Source of the DNA: Nitrosopumilus sp.
GTDB lineage: Archaea > Thermoproteota > Nitrososphaeria > Nitrososphaerales > Nitrosopumilaceae
Direction of reading: 5' to 3'
NCBI GenBank assembly: GCA_965249555.1
Contig: OZ252243.1
Span: 1,024,001 to 1,088,000 of the forward strand
Length of the DNA: 64,000 nucleotides
The notes beneath the pieces are model-generated. The model ran no database searches and was not told the DNA's origin. It worked only from the letters and a program-made list of their open reading frames with translations. Both the position numbers and the translations under genes were made by a program. Of this stretch, positions 39,180-49,423 are shown one piece after another; positions within the stretch are counted from its first letter, which is position 1, and each line of letters begins with the position of its first letter.

Positions 39180-40184
39180 GGTTCCTTCAATAATTACTTC
39201 AAATCCATTAGTTAATTTCCCAATTCCATATTTACAACCTGTAATTTTTGATGTTACAAACAAATTTGTCTCCAGGTGTTTTGTAATCTCTCTAACCTGA
39301 AATGTTGTTTTTTTCTCACCCAAACTTGCAGGAACTACAAGCATGTCTGCTAAATTCTCATCTACCCCTAGTGAATTTTTAACAAATTCATCAAAATCTA
39401 AATCAAATCTTTGTGTTTTTTTATTAAACAATGCATCAACTCCTATAATCGAATATTCATCAATACTGTAAATTAACAAAGATGCTCCTGAATCTATTGC
39501 TTGTTGATTTTTAATTTCTGTTTCAACAATAAAATTTTCTTTAATTAATTTTTCTTTAATTTCTTCAACTTGATTTTTGATTTTTTCAATTGAAAGTTTT
39601 GAAAATGTACAAATTAGTTTAACAGAATTTGTTTTTCTTTTTGTAAATGATACTTGTTTTACATGAGATGGGTATACTTGTAAATTAATTTCTCCACCTC
39701 CTTTTGGATAGTATCCTCGTTTGCTCAATTTAACTGAAAATTCTATTCCCATTCTTGAATATGCTTCTCTTAGTACATGTTGAGTATAATCAATAGAAGG
39801 ACTCCAAAGCACATCTGTACCTCCTTTAATTGTTAAATTGAGTTTTTTTTGGGAAATAGCAACTACAGGAATTAAAACTTGTAAAATTAAAGAAATACTT
39901 CCAGCTGTTCCTACATCTTCAACTAGTTCTAAACTTTCAATATTGCTTGGAATGAACTTTAATTCAGTAGAGCCAATCTCTGCTCCAATGACTTTAGCAT
40001 TTGCAATTTTTTGAAGAATTTTTATCGCTGTGAGATGTTGTGGTCTTAATCCTGAAACCTTTCTGTTCTTTCTTATATCTTCTAAATGAATTGGTTGTTT
40101 TGTAATACACGAAAGTGCAATTGCTGAACGTATTATTTGTCCTCCTCCTTCACCAAATCCTCCATTAATTTTTAGAAAATCCAC
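39159..40184 (-). CDS. rtcA: RNA 3'-terminal phosphate cyclase
   Basis: GEGGGQIIR, GLRPQH, TAGS, GGTDV, YYPKGGG, catalytic H in TKHLETN. Confidence 0.95.
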   Translation of the reverse strand: MDFLKINGGFGEGGGQIIRSAIALSCITKQPIHLEDIRKNRKVSGLRPQHLTAIKILQKIANAKVIGAEIGSTELKFIPSNIESLELVEDVGTAGSISLILQVLIPVVAISQKKLNLTIKGGTDVLWSPSIDYTQHVLREAYSRMGIEFSVKLSKRGYYPKGGGEINLQVYPSHVKQVSFTKRKTNSVKLICTFSKLSIEKIKNQVEEIKEKLIKENFIVETEIKNQQAIDSGASLLIYSIDEYSIIGVDALFNKKTQRFDLDFDEFVKNSLGVDENLADMLVVPASLGEKKTTFQVREITKHLETNLFVTSKITGCKYGIGKLTNGFEVIIEGTSNSSIK

Positions 40185-40231
40185 CGTTTTTTAATAATTA
40201 GAACTCTTTATGATAGTTTTTTAAAAAGAAA

Positions 40232-40741
40232 TTGTCTATATTTTGTATGAACGGTTTGTTGATTGGAAGATTCCAACCTTTTCACTTGGGACATCTTGAA
40301 GCATTACAATTTGCACTATCAAAAGTTGATAAATTATGGGTAGGTTTGGGCAGTTCTAATCAACCCGCACAAAAAAACAATCCTTTCTCTGCTGAGGAAC
40401 GAAAAGAGATGATTCTATCTTCAATTGATAATTCAATAAAAGAGAGGATTTCAATTTACTTTATTCCGGATTTGGATAATCATATCAAATGGATTGAAAA
40501 AATAGATACAATTGTTCCAAAATTTGATATCGTTTTTTCAAACGATGAATTAACAAAACATCTGTATTCAAAGATGGCTGTTCAAATAGTTTCTATTCCA
40601 TTCTTGAAAAGAGATGTATTATCTGGAACTAAAATTCGGGAATTAATTACCAGCGATCAAAAATGGGATGATCTTGTTCCTGAGTGCACAAAAAATTTTT
40701 TGATTAACGTTAATGCAAAAGATCGTTTGAAAAATCTCTAA
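40232..40741 (+). CDS. nadM: Nicotinamide-nucleotide adenylyltransferase (archaeal NadM type)
   Basis: GRFQPFHLGH, NPFSAEER, SGTKIR. Confidence 0.9.
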   Translation: MSIFCMNGLLIGRFQPFHLGHLEALQFALSKVDKLWVGLGSSNQPAQKNNPFSAEERKEMILSSIDNSIKERISIYFIPDLDNHIKWIEKIDTIVPKFDIVFSNDELTKHLYSKMAVQIVSIPFLKRDVLSGTKIRELITSDQKWDDLVPECTKNFLINVNAKDRLKNL

Positions 40742-40783
40742 TTATAAATAAACCCAATATCTCACTGACATCGTAGATTACAA

Positions 40784-41932
40784 ATGGAATATCTTTCAAT
40801 GCTCCCAGGTCCAACAAATGTACCTAATAGAGTAATGAGGGCAATGCTTGCACCTATCATTAATCACCGAAGTGATGATTTTGTTGAGTTATACACTGAT
40901 GTTGTTGAAAAAACTCAAAAAGTATTTGACACACAAAATGATATTGTGGCTCTATCTGCATCTGGAACAGGCGCAGTAGAGGCAGGAGTAATTAATCTAG
41001 TTAAAAAAGGTGATAAAATCATAATTCCTGTAAATGGAGAATTTAGTAACAGACTATCACAACTTATTGAAGGTCAAGGAGCTAATGTTGTTAAACTCGA
41101 AACTCCACCGGGACAAAATGCAACTTTTGATCAAATAAAAGAAGCATTTGATAACAATAAAGATGTTAAAGCATTCTATGTTGTTCACAACGAAACTTCT
41201 ACTGGAACAATGGTAAATTATCTTGATAAAATATCTGACTTGACATCTAGAAACGATGCATTTTACGTTGTAGACTCTGTTTCTTTACTTGGCGGCGTTG
41301 AACTTCCAGTAGATAAATGGAATATTGATGTATGTCTAACTGGAGCACAAAAGGCACTTGCTGCTCCTCCAGGCATTTCACCAATATCTGTAAGTGCCAA
41401 AGCCAAAAAATACATGATAGCAAACCCACCATCTACAATGTACTTCAATTTAGCCAGATACTTCCAATATTACGAAGAGTCAAAACATACTCCATTCACT
41501 CCTGCATTACCTTTACTTTATGCATACAGAGAAGCACTAACAATGATGTTAGAAGAAGGACTACAAAATGTCTATAAACGTCACAGAATTTGTTCTGATG
41601 CATTATACTCTGGATTAAGTGCAATTGGCTTAACACCATATGTTACAAACGAAGAAGATCGCTCGATTTCCATTGTTGCATTAAATTATTTGGATGGACT
41701 AGAAGACAAAACTTTCAGAAGTACACTAGCAGACAAATTCAAAGTACTGGTAGCAGGTGGATTTGGAAATCTTAAAGGAAAAGTATTCAGAGTTGGATGT
41801 ATGGGCGAAGTTAGTCCATATCACGTAATGCGTACCGTTTCTGCAATTTCATCTACATTAGCAATGATGGGATATGATACAGATGCTAAAGCAGGACTTG
41901 ACACTGCAGAAGAAAAACTAAAAGCTCTCTAA
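40784..41932 (+). CDS. Class V aminotransferase (alanine-glyoxylate/serine-pyruvate type)
   Basis: PGPT, SGTGAVEA, HNETSTG, DSVS, AQKAL..PPG, TPFTP. Confidence 0.92.
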   Translation: MEYLSMLPGPTNVPNRVMRAMLAPIINHRSDDFVELYTDVVEKTQKVFDTQNDIVALSASGTGAVEAGVINLVKKGDKIIIPVNGEFSNRLSQLIEGQGANVVKLETPPGQNATFDQIKEAFDNNKDVKAFYVVHNETSTGTMVNYLDKISDLTSRNDAFYVVDSVSLLGGVELPVDKWNIDVCLTGAQKALAAPPGISPISVSAKAKKYMIANPPSTMYFNLARYFQYYEESKHTPFTPALPLLYAYREALTMMLEEGLQNVYKRHRICSDALYSGLSAIGLTPYVTNEEDRSISIVALNYLDGLEDKTFRSTLADKFKVLVAGGFGNLKGKVFRVGCMGEVSPYHVMRTVSAISSTLAMMGYDTDAKAGLDTAEEKLKAL

Positions 41933-42238
41933 ACTCTGTTAACTTGATATCATAAAGTGATTCTTTCGCGTTAACATATGCTTGAATCATAGTAGATAAC
42001 AACTCGTTTTTTTGTTTACTACTTGGTTATTCTGAAATATTATTTTTTAAAATAAGAATTATAGAAGAATCTACTCATTATCTTTTTTTGTTTCTAAATT
42101 CACGTTTGATTTTACAACGTAACTTAGAAGATTCTTCTCACAGTTGAATAGATTTTTTGCATTCAACTTTAGGTTTGAACTATTCTCACTAATCATCTTG
42201 GTAAAGTAAATAGGAAGATCTTACTAATAACAATAACG

Positions 42239-43210
42239 CTAAATCTGTATTTTTAGAATTATGCCTAAGATGGCTAAGATTATAGGAATAAAGAACCACC
42301 ACTTGAATTTTTCACGCACATCTAAATTGTGAATTAATCCTGCTATTATCAAAGCAGCTCCCATAACTGAAATATCTATTTCTAGAATTTTTGTAGAAAT
42401 TAAATCTAAATCAATTATACTAGGAATCCGAGAACAATTTTCATTCATGGGATAGCATGTTTTTGATAATATTGTAACAAGTGGAGCTATTATCAATATA
42501 GCAAGAATACCTTTTACGAATGATTTAGTTTTCTTAGCTGGAGTAAAAAAATAATTAATTGATGTTTTAGCTTGTATCATTGGATTAACTCTAATTGTAA
42601 TAGAATTTGAATACTCATTAAAGTAAAATAGATCTCCGTTCTTATTTTTCCAACCTTTAGAATAATCTTTTTGTAATTTTTCTCCCAAGCCATTAGTTTT
42701 TGTAATTTTTTTCTTATCAAATTCATAATCTTTTGGCGGTGTAATAATATAGAAAACTTCATGATCAGATTCAGAAAGAAATTCAAGATCAAAAGAATTT
42801 ACACTATCTTCTTTTTGTGCATCATATTTCATAATGATAACTATAGAATCATTTGGATAGAATTTTTTGTCATGAGGTAATTTTATCCATAAAAGAAATA
42901 TTTTGTAATCTCGTATATCTTGTAAAAATGATGTAATTGATGCAATCTATGTTAGATCTTGTGAATCACTAATAGTTTGCTCCATTAATGCAACAGTGTA
43001 CTTGTTTGTAATTAGAGGAAGTATAGTACCATCAGAATCAAAAATTTTGAGATTTGGTAATAATTTAGATACTTTGATGAAAATATTATCAACTCCATCT
43101 TTATTGTCAGTTTTAGAGATTAATGTAAACTCACGCTCTAATTTTCTAGTATCTGTAGAAACATGATCGATAAAGAAACGTTCTCTAAGAATCTCAATTT
43201 CTGTGCCCAT
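42239..43210 (-). pseudogene. Accessory membrane protein (about 323 codons) interrupted by one in-frame TAG (42947-42949)
   Basis: Track ORFs 42947-43210 and 42239-42832 share a frame, and the 38 codons between them are open (IASITSFLQDIRDYKIFLLWIKLP..). Confidence 0.75.
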
Positions 43211-43534
43211 TATACTTAGAGGAATCTGTATTTTTTACCATGTTCGTATTTGTTACTTCTGTGGATATAACGTATGTGTCCAAAAGTTTTGATCTTAAAT
43301 TTTCTAACGTGTAAATATTTTTTACACTACTATGATATTCATATTGGGCATAATTTTGACAATATATTACGATGATCGCTACATCTAAAACTAATCAAAA
43401 AGTTTTGAAAAATGATCGTAACTAGTTTTTCATTTACGAATTTCAGATAACATATAGTAACTTACACTAATAGTTTTAATCTGTATAGCCTAAAATCGTG
43501 TAACTTAATATTAGGAAATTCGAGACCGATCACA

Positions 43535-44281
43535 TTGACTTTCAATAAAGGCTCATTAATTCTAATAGACTATACTGCAAAGGTAAAAGACAGTGACGAA
43601 GTCTTTGATACAACCATTGAAGAGGATGCAAAAAAACATTCCATTCATGAACAAAATGTCAAATATCAACCAAAACTAGTTTCTATTGGTGAAGTATCTT
43701 ATCCTGTTCTCAAAGGATTAGATGAAGCCCTAGCAAAAACATCTGTTGGAGATAAACTTACAGTTGAAGTTACACCTGACAAAGGTTTTGGTGAAAGAGA
43801 TTCAAAAAAAGTTAGAATGATTCCTATTAGAAAACTAGGTGAAGATGCAGAGAAAGTTTCAGTAGGCGATACAATTGAAGTTGACAATAAAAGAGGAATT
43901 ATTCGTTTAATGGGATCTGGCAGAGTCCAAATAGATTACAATCACAGATATGCAGGAAAAACAATTCTATATGATGTAAATGTAATCAAATCACTTGATT
44001 CTCCAAGTGACAAGGTAGATGGAATTCTTAAAAACAGATTACCTGTAGAGGACTCAAAAGTCGCATTTGACTTGAAGGATAAAGAAGTAAACATTACAAT
44101 TCCTGAAGAAATTTTACGTGCAGATGGTTTACAAATAATGAAACACTTTATTCAATTAGATATCTTCAAGTTTGTTCCAACTTTAGAAAAAACAAGTTTT
44201 GTAGAAACACATGTCAATAAACAAACTCAGGAAAAGAAACCTGAAACAAAAGAAAAAGCACCTGAACAAAAGGCTGCTTAA
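43535..44281 (+). CDS. Archaeal long-type FKBP peptidyl-prolyl isomerase (SlyD-like)
   Basis: IDYT..FDTT, GLDEAL, PDKGFGERD, DYNHRYAGK. Confidence 0.92.
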   Translation: MTFNKGSLILIDYTAKVKDSDEVFDTTIEEDAKKHSIHEQNVKYQPKLVSIGEVSYPVLKGLDEALAKTSVGDKLTVEVTPDKGFGERDSKKVRMIPIRKLGEDAEKVSVGDTIEVDNKRGIIRLMGSGRVQIDYNHRYAGKTILYDVNVIKSLDSPSDKVDGILKNRLPVEDSKVAFDLKDKEVNITIPEEILRADGLQIMKHFIQLDIFKFVPTLEKTSFVETHVNKQTQEKKPETKEKAPEQKAA

Positions 44282-44282
44282 A

Positions 44283-45347
44283 TCAAATTACTTTAGTACT
44301 CTTTGCAAGGCTTAATGCTCTTTTTTCAGTCATTTTAATTTCTTTTAAAATCGTATATCTCTCTGGTCGTAGTCCTTGTGCCATAGTTAGAGCTTTTATT
44401 ATTACATCTGGTTTAAGACCAATTTGTTTTGCAGTTGTTGGGGCTCCAACGTCTTTTAGTGTCTTTACAATTTTTTTCCAATCCTGTCCTTGTAATTTTG
44501 CCATCATTATAGAACCAATCCCACACTTCTCTCCATGAAATCCAATGTCTGGAGCAATTTTGTCAAGTGCGTGTGAAAAAAGATGTTCTGCCCCAGAACA
44601 TGGTCTACTACTTCCTGCAATACATGATGCTACTCCTGCACTGATCAATCCTTCTACAATCACCCTTGCATCCAATCCTTCCTTTGCAAATTTAGAAGAG
44701 TTTTCCATAACTATCTTAGCACTCATCATGGCTAGATCTGCTGCATATCTTCCATAGTATTCCTTCTTCTTTTTGTGACCTAATTGCCAATCCTTTACTG
44801 CTATAATATTTGCAATAAGATCTCCACAACCACTAGCTAACAACCTAGCAGGAGCTTTTCTAATTATATCAATATCTACAAAAACACCCATAGGTGCAGA
44901 TGCCACAATCGAATGTGGCAAGTCACTTTTTATAGAAACAAATGGACTTGCCATTCCATCATGAGAAGCTGCAGTTGGCAAGCTTACAAATGGTTTACCT
45001 AAATTATATGAAATTAATTTTGCTGTATCTACAGAACGACCTCCACCAATTCCAACTATTAAGTCAGAATTGTCTTTTTTAACATCTTTTTGAATTTTAT
45101 TCAATGATTTTATCTGATTATCTTTTGATGTATGCCAAATATATCGAATTTTTTTTGTTTTCAGAGATTTTTCAATTTTTTTCCTTAAAACTTTTTGAAC
45201 GTTTGTTCCAGATATCAAAGAAACTTTTTTTGGTTTGTTTAATGAATTTAGAAATTTTCCAAAATCACCAATATTTTTCTCACCAATTTCAATGAGCCTA
45301 GGAAGTTCCATCGTATGCGATTGCATGCGATCTTGATTTTTTGTCAT
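44283..45347 (-). CDS. egsA: sn-glycerol-1-phosphate dehydrogenase
   Basis: GGGRSVDTAK, PTAASHDG, SRPCSGAEHLFSH, HGEKCG. Confidence 0.95.
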   Translation of the reverse strand: MTKNQDRMQSHTMELPRLIEIGEKNIGDFGKFLNSLNKPKKVSLISGTNVQKVLRKKIEKSLKTKKIRYIWHTSKDNQIKSLNKIQKDVKKDNSDLIVGIGGGRSVDTAKLISYNLGKPFVSLPTAASHDGMASPFVSIKSDLPHSIVASAPMGVFVDIDIIRKAPARLLASGCGDLIANIIAVKDWQLGHKKKKEYYGRYAADLAMMSAKIVMENSSKFAKEGLDARVIVEGLISAGVASCIAGSSRPCSGAEHLFSHALDKIAPDIGFHGEKCGIGSIMMAKLQGQDWKKIVKTLKDVGAPTTAKQIGLKPDVIIKALTMAQGLRPERYTILKEIKMTEKRALSLAKSTKVI

Positions 45348-45423
45348 TATTTATGATTTTCAGGGATCAAAAAGTTATTTAAAAGGGAACCTGCAATCCA
45401 TTTTATCTTAATAGGTGTATTTT

Positions 45424-46056
45424 ATGTCAAACAACGTTGAAGAAAAAATTCTGCATGGGACTACCACTGTAGGTATCAAAGCTACCGATGGTGTTGTATT
45501 ATGTGCTGATATGAGAGCAAGTGCAGGTTATTTTATTGCAAACAATAACACAATGAAAATTCAAAAAATTGATTTGCACGCAGGATTAACCTTGGCTGGT
45601 GGCGTGGCAGACGCACAAAATATTGTTGATATTTTACGTTATCATTCTAATTTACATAGAGTTGAAAAACAAAGTCCAATCTCAATTCATTCACTTGCAA
45701 GACTCTGCTCATTGATATTCCATCAAAATAGAGGTTATCCCTTCATGGCTGATATCTTACTTGGTGGTTATGATGCAAACGGTCCTACATTGTTTAATAT
45801 CGATATGTTTGGTTCAGTTGAAGAGAAATCATATGTTACAACTGGTAGCGGTTCACCAGTAGCTTATGGTTTACTTGAAGAAGAATATCAAAAAGACCTT
45901 ACAGTTGAAGAAGCAAAAAAAATAGCTCTACGAGCTGTTAAAGCTGCAATAGTTAGAAATATTGGTACTGGCGATGGAATTAACATCGCAGTAATGGATA
46001 AAGATGGATTCCGTCTTTTAACCGATGAACAAAAGAAAGCAGTCATCGAACTTTAG
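45424..46056 (+). CDS. psmB: Proteasome beta subunit
   Basis: Short propeptide then G/TTTVG, AGGVADAQ, GSGS. ATG 45424 preferred. Confidence 0.95.
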   Translation: MSNNVEEKILHGTTTVGIKATDGVVLCADMRASAGYFIANNNTMKIQKIDLHAGLTLAGGVADAQNIVDILRYHSNLHRVEKQSPISIHSLARLCSLIFHQNRGYPFMADILLGGYDANGPTLFNIDMFGSVEEKSYVTTGSGSPVAYGLLEEEYQKDLTVEEAKKIALRAVKAAIVRNIGTGDGINIAVMDKDGFRLLTDEQKKAVIEL

Positions 46057-46063
46057 TGATTTT

Positions 46064-48001
46064 ATGCAAAGAAAACAACAACAAAAAGAATTACCTTCTA
46101 GCCAAAACATAATGGCTACCATACTGCAAAGTATTCCCAAAGAGGCCGGTGTTACAAAAATTGAATATGAAGGACCACGAATTGCGCTTTACACAAAAAC
46201 TCCTCGTTATCTAATGGAAAATAATGAATTAATATCAAATCTTGTCAATGTAATCAAAAAAAGAATTGTTGTAAGAACAGACGAATCAATTAGAAAACCT
46301 GAAGATGAATCTAGACGAATTCTTGCAGAATGTATTCCAAAAGAAGCAAATCTACAGGGAATTATTTTTGATACAGCCACTGGTGAAGTCTCAGTTGAAG
46401 CAAAAAGACCTTGGTTGTTACAAAGAGATGCAAAGGAATTCAATCATGCTGAAGTTACTGAAAAAACAGGATGGAAATTACGTATTAGAAAATCTACAAC
46501 CATACCTTCACGTACAATTCAAACGATCAATGCAACTCTAAAACAATACTCTTCTGAGAGGAGTAAACAACTCAAACAAGTAGGTGATGAAATTTTCAGA
46601 CCTAGACTATCTCAAAGAACTGAAGTTTCTCTTTATACTCTTGGTGGATTTGGCCAAGTTGGCAGGTCCTCATTATTACTATCCACTCCTGAAAGTAAAA
46701 TATTAATTGATTGTGGAATTAATCCTGGCGCTCGCTCGCCAATGGATGCATTTCCAAGACTAGATTCTCTAAATCTGACACTAGACGAACTTGATGCAAT
46801 AGTAATAGGACATGCACACTTGGATCATACTGGATTCTTACCAACATTGTGTAAATATGGCTACAAAGGACCAATCTATTGTACAGAACCAACACTTCCT
46901 ATGATGAATCTAATTCAATTAGATGCAATCAAAGTAGCTTCTGCACAAGGCAGAACCCCAATTTACTCAGAACGAGATGTTAAACAAGTCATGAGACAAG
47001 CAATTACTTTGCCATATGGAACTGTTACTGATATTTCTCCTGACATAAAATTAGTTCTTGCAAATGCAGGTCACATTTTAGGTTCTGCCTTGTGTCATTT
47101 TCATATTGGAAATGGTAATCATAATTTTGTTTACTCAGGCGATATAAAATTTGGAAAAAGTATTTTGTTTGAAGCTGCTAGTTGGAATTTTCCAAGAGTA
47201 GAAACATTGTTGATTGAAAGTACCTATGGTCTTAAAGAAGATATTCAACCAAGTAGACAAGAGGTAGAATCTGCTTTCATTAATGCAGTAAACAACACTT
47301 TGGCAGATGGAGGAAAAGTTTTGATACCTATTCCAGCAGTTGGTCGTGCACAAGAAATCATGATGGTAATTGATCACTATATGAAATCAGGAGAAATGAT
47401 TGAAGCACCAGTATTTACAGAAGGAATGATTTCTGAGGCATCAGCTATTCATGAATCATATCCAGAATATCTGGCAAGAGAACTTAAACAAAAGATCTTA
47501 GAAACTGATGATAATCCATTTGATTCTGAATATTTCACTAATATTGAACATGCAGATGCCAGAGAAGAACCAATGAGAGAAAATTCACCATGTATTATTT
47601 TAGCAACATCAGGAATGTTAGAAGGTGGTCCTGTTTTAGAATACTTCAAAAACATTGCACCTGACAAAAAGAACAAAGTATTGTTTGTTTCCTACCAAGT
47701 TAATGGAACTATGGGAAGAAGAGTTCTTGATGGTTCTAAACAAGTATCTATGTTGGGAAAAGAAGGCAAAATTGAAGTTGTTACTATCAGTAGTAGTGTT
47801 GAAAGACTAGATGGATTCAGTGGTCACAGTGATTATAATCAGTTGATGTCATTTGTACAAAGACTAAGACCAAAACTTAGAAGAGTTCTAGTTAATCACG
47901 GAGAACGTAAAAAATCAGAAAATCTTGCTATGAATATTAGACGAATGTATAGAGTACCTGCTCATTATCCTCAAATTCAAGAAGCAATAAAATTATTTTA
48001 G
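46064..48001 (+). CDS. fttA: Beta-CASP ribonuclease aCPSF1 / termination factor FttA
   Basis: KH domains (EYEGP), GGFGQVGRS, HAHLDH, AGHILGS, FSGHSD, NHGE; next to psmB. Confidence 0.93.
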   Translation: MQRKQQQKELPSSQNIMATILQSIPKEAGVTKIEYEGPRIALYTKTPRYLMENNELISNLVNVIKKRIVVRTDESIRKPEDESRRILAECIPKEANLQGIIFDTATGEVSVEAKRPWLLQRDAKEFNHAEVTEKTGWKLRIRKSTTIPSRTIQTINATLKQYSSERSKQLKQVGDEIFRPRLSQRTEVSLYTLGGFGQVGRSSLLLSTPESKILIDCGINPGARSPMDAFPRLDSLNLTLDELDAIVIGHAHLDHTGFLPTLCKYGYKGPIYCTEPTLPMMNLIQLDAIKVASAQGRTPIYSERDVKQVMRQAITLPYGTVTDISPDIKLVLANAGHILGSALCHFHIGNGNHNFVYSGDIKFGKSILFEAASWNFPRVETLLIESTYGLKEDIQPSRQEVESAFINAVNNTLADGGKVLIPIPAVGRAQEIMMVIDHYMKSGEMIEAPVFTEGMISEASAIHESYPEYLARELKQKILETDDNPFDSEYFTNIEHADAREEPMRENSPCIILATSGMLEGGPVLEYFKNIAPDKKNKVLFVSYQVNGTMGRRVLDGSKQVSMLGKEGKIEVVTISSSVERLDGFSGHSDYNQLMSFVQRLRPKLRRVLVNHGERKKSENLAMNIRRMYRVPAHYPQIQEAIKLF

Positions 48002-48271
48002 ATCGTATTCTGGTTTCCAGATCTTTATACTAGATGGAGCAACAATAATCCTTTCCTCTCCTAATCTTGCAATATCTGCACCAGAATTTTTTGCAATAGA
48101 ATACAATTCTTCAACCACTTTACGAAGTTGTTCCACATCCTTTTGTGCTAGTGGTGTAACTCTTAGAATCAAAATCATCCCTTTTTTGATATCTTCTTTG
48201 ATGGAATGAACATCACTGATGTCTCTAATCGTTATAGCCTTTAGATATGTGGGGGTTTCTTGTTTTTGCAT
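47993..48271 (-). CDS. sepF: Cell division protein SepF (archaeal)
   Basis: IKEDIKKGMILIL..ADIARLGEERIIVAP. Confidence 0.8.
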   Translation of the reverse strand: MQKQETPTYLKAITIRDISDVHSIKEDIKKGMILILRVTPLAQKDVEQLRKVVEELYSIAKNSGADIARLGEERIIVAPSSIKIWKPEYDLK

Positions 48272-48344
48272 CCTTGTTGAAAATCCGATCTACTCCTTCA
48301 AAAACTCTTCCTTAATACTAACTAATTTTTTGAAAATTTCACGC

Positions 48345-49352
48345 CTACATTCTGAATTTGATGTAAGATTGCTCTTCTGCACTTTCAGTACTAATTTCTT
48401 CAGATGAGTTCTTGTTTTTGACTAAAACAATTCCATGTTGATTTTTTGGTGCATCTGAATATCTTAGTGTCACAGCTGATGCAAATTCTACATGGGCTTT
48501 TGCATTTTTACCACGTAAAATTGAAACTGGTCCTACATAGTCTTTAGCTTCAAGTAAAATATCTCCTGGTAATGCTATTGCTTTAATCATTTCATTTTCA
48601 TCTTTATTTCTTCCAACAACAAATTTTGTTTGTTCATCTAATCTAAAGTGTCTTCCAATTTTTAACAAATCAACATCATTAATCGTTGGAGTTTCAATGT
48701 GCTCAAACAGATCTTTTGCTTTAATTCCAAATTGTGGTTCTGTTAACAGACAACCACCACCTGCATTAGGTGGATTTTCAATTCCATATTCTTTTGCCAT
48801 TTGTAATTGCGTTCTTCTTGTTCTACCTCTAATCATTCCAAGATTTTCTCTTTTGATCAATCCATCTTTCTCAGGATCTGTCTCTGGTAGTAATCCAGCT
48901 GACAATGGTCTTACAATTTTTCCAACAAGATTTGATTCTTTTTCAATAGTTCTTAATGCAGGTGCATGTTGACTCATTGGACGTTGGCCTAATACTTCAC
49001 CTGATATAATAAATTCTGCACCAATTTCTTCCATGTGTTTTTTTGCAGCATCAAACATCATAGTTCTACAATCAACACACGGGTTAAATCCAGCACCAAT
49101 TCCATGTTTTGGATGTTTTAACATCTCAATGTATTCATCACCGAGATAAACTGTCTTTAAATTGATATTAAGATCATCAGCTCTTTCTCTAATTTCAAAT
49201 CCACACCCTCTCCCACAATCAAAATCACAAAAAGGAGTTTTTATTGCAACAGCTGAAACTTCAAAACCCTGTTCTTGCATCATTCTTACTGCAAGCTGAC
49301 TATCTAATCCTCCTGATAGTAACGCAACTACTTTCTTCTTCTCTTCTGTCAT
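48345..49352 (-). CDS. PP-loop tRNA thiolation-like protein (ThiI/MnmA-like) with C-terminal DUF814-like domain
   Basis: LLSGGLDS, NPCVDCR, GEVLGQRPMSQ, AGGGCLLT, GRHFR..VGRN. Confidence 0.85.
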   Translation of the reverse strand: MTEEKKKVVALLSGGLDSQLAVRMMQEQGFEVSAVAIKTPFCDFDCGRGCGFEIRERADDLNINLKTVYLGDEYIEMLKHPKHGIGAGFNPCVDCRTMMFDAAKKHMEEIGAEFIISGEVLGQRPMSQHAPALRTIEKESNLVGKIVRPLSAGLLPETDPEKDGLIKRENLGMIRGRTRRTQLQMAKEYGIENPPNAGGGCLLTEPQFGIKAKDLFEHIETPTINDVDLLKIGRHFRLDEQTKFVVGRNKDENEMIKAIALPGDILLEAKDYVGPVSILRGKNAKAHVEFASAVTLRYSDAPKNQHGIVLVKNKNSSEEISTESAEEQSYIKFRM

Positions 49353-49423
49353 AAAGATTCAATCTAAATTTCCATATACAAACTTTACATCATACATAAA
49401 TTGAGAAACAGAGGTTTTTTTGT

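Noticed and set aside
42947-42949. In-frame TAG as pyrrolysine recoding
   Set aside because: No pyl genes or tRNA-Pyl seen, and TAG is an ordinary stop for several genes here (e.g. kamA-like, lysC).
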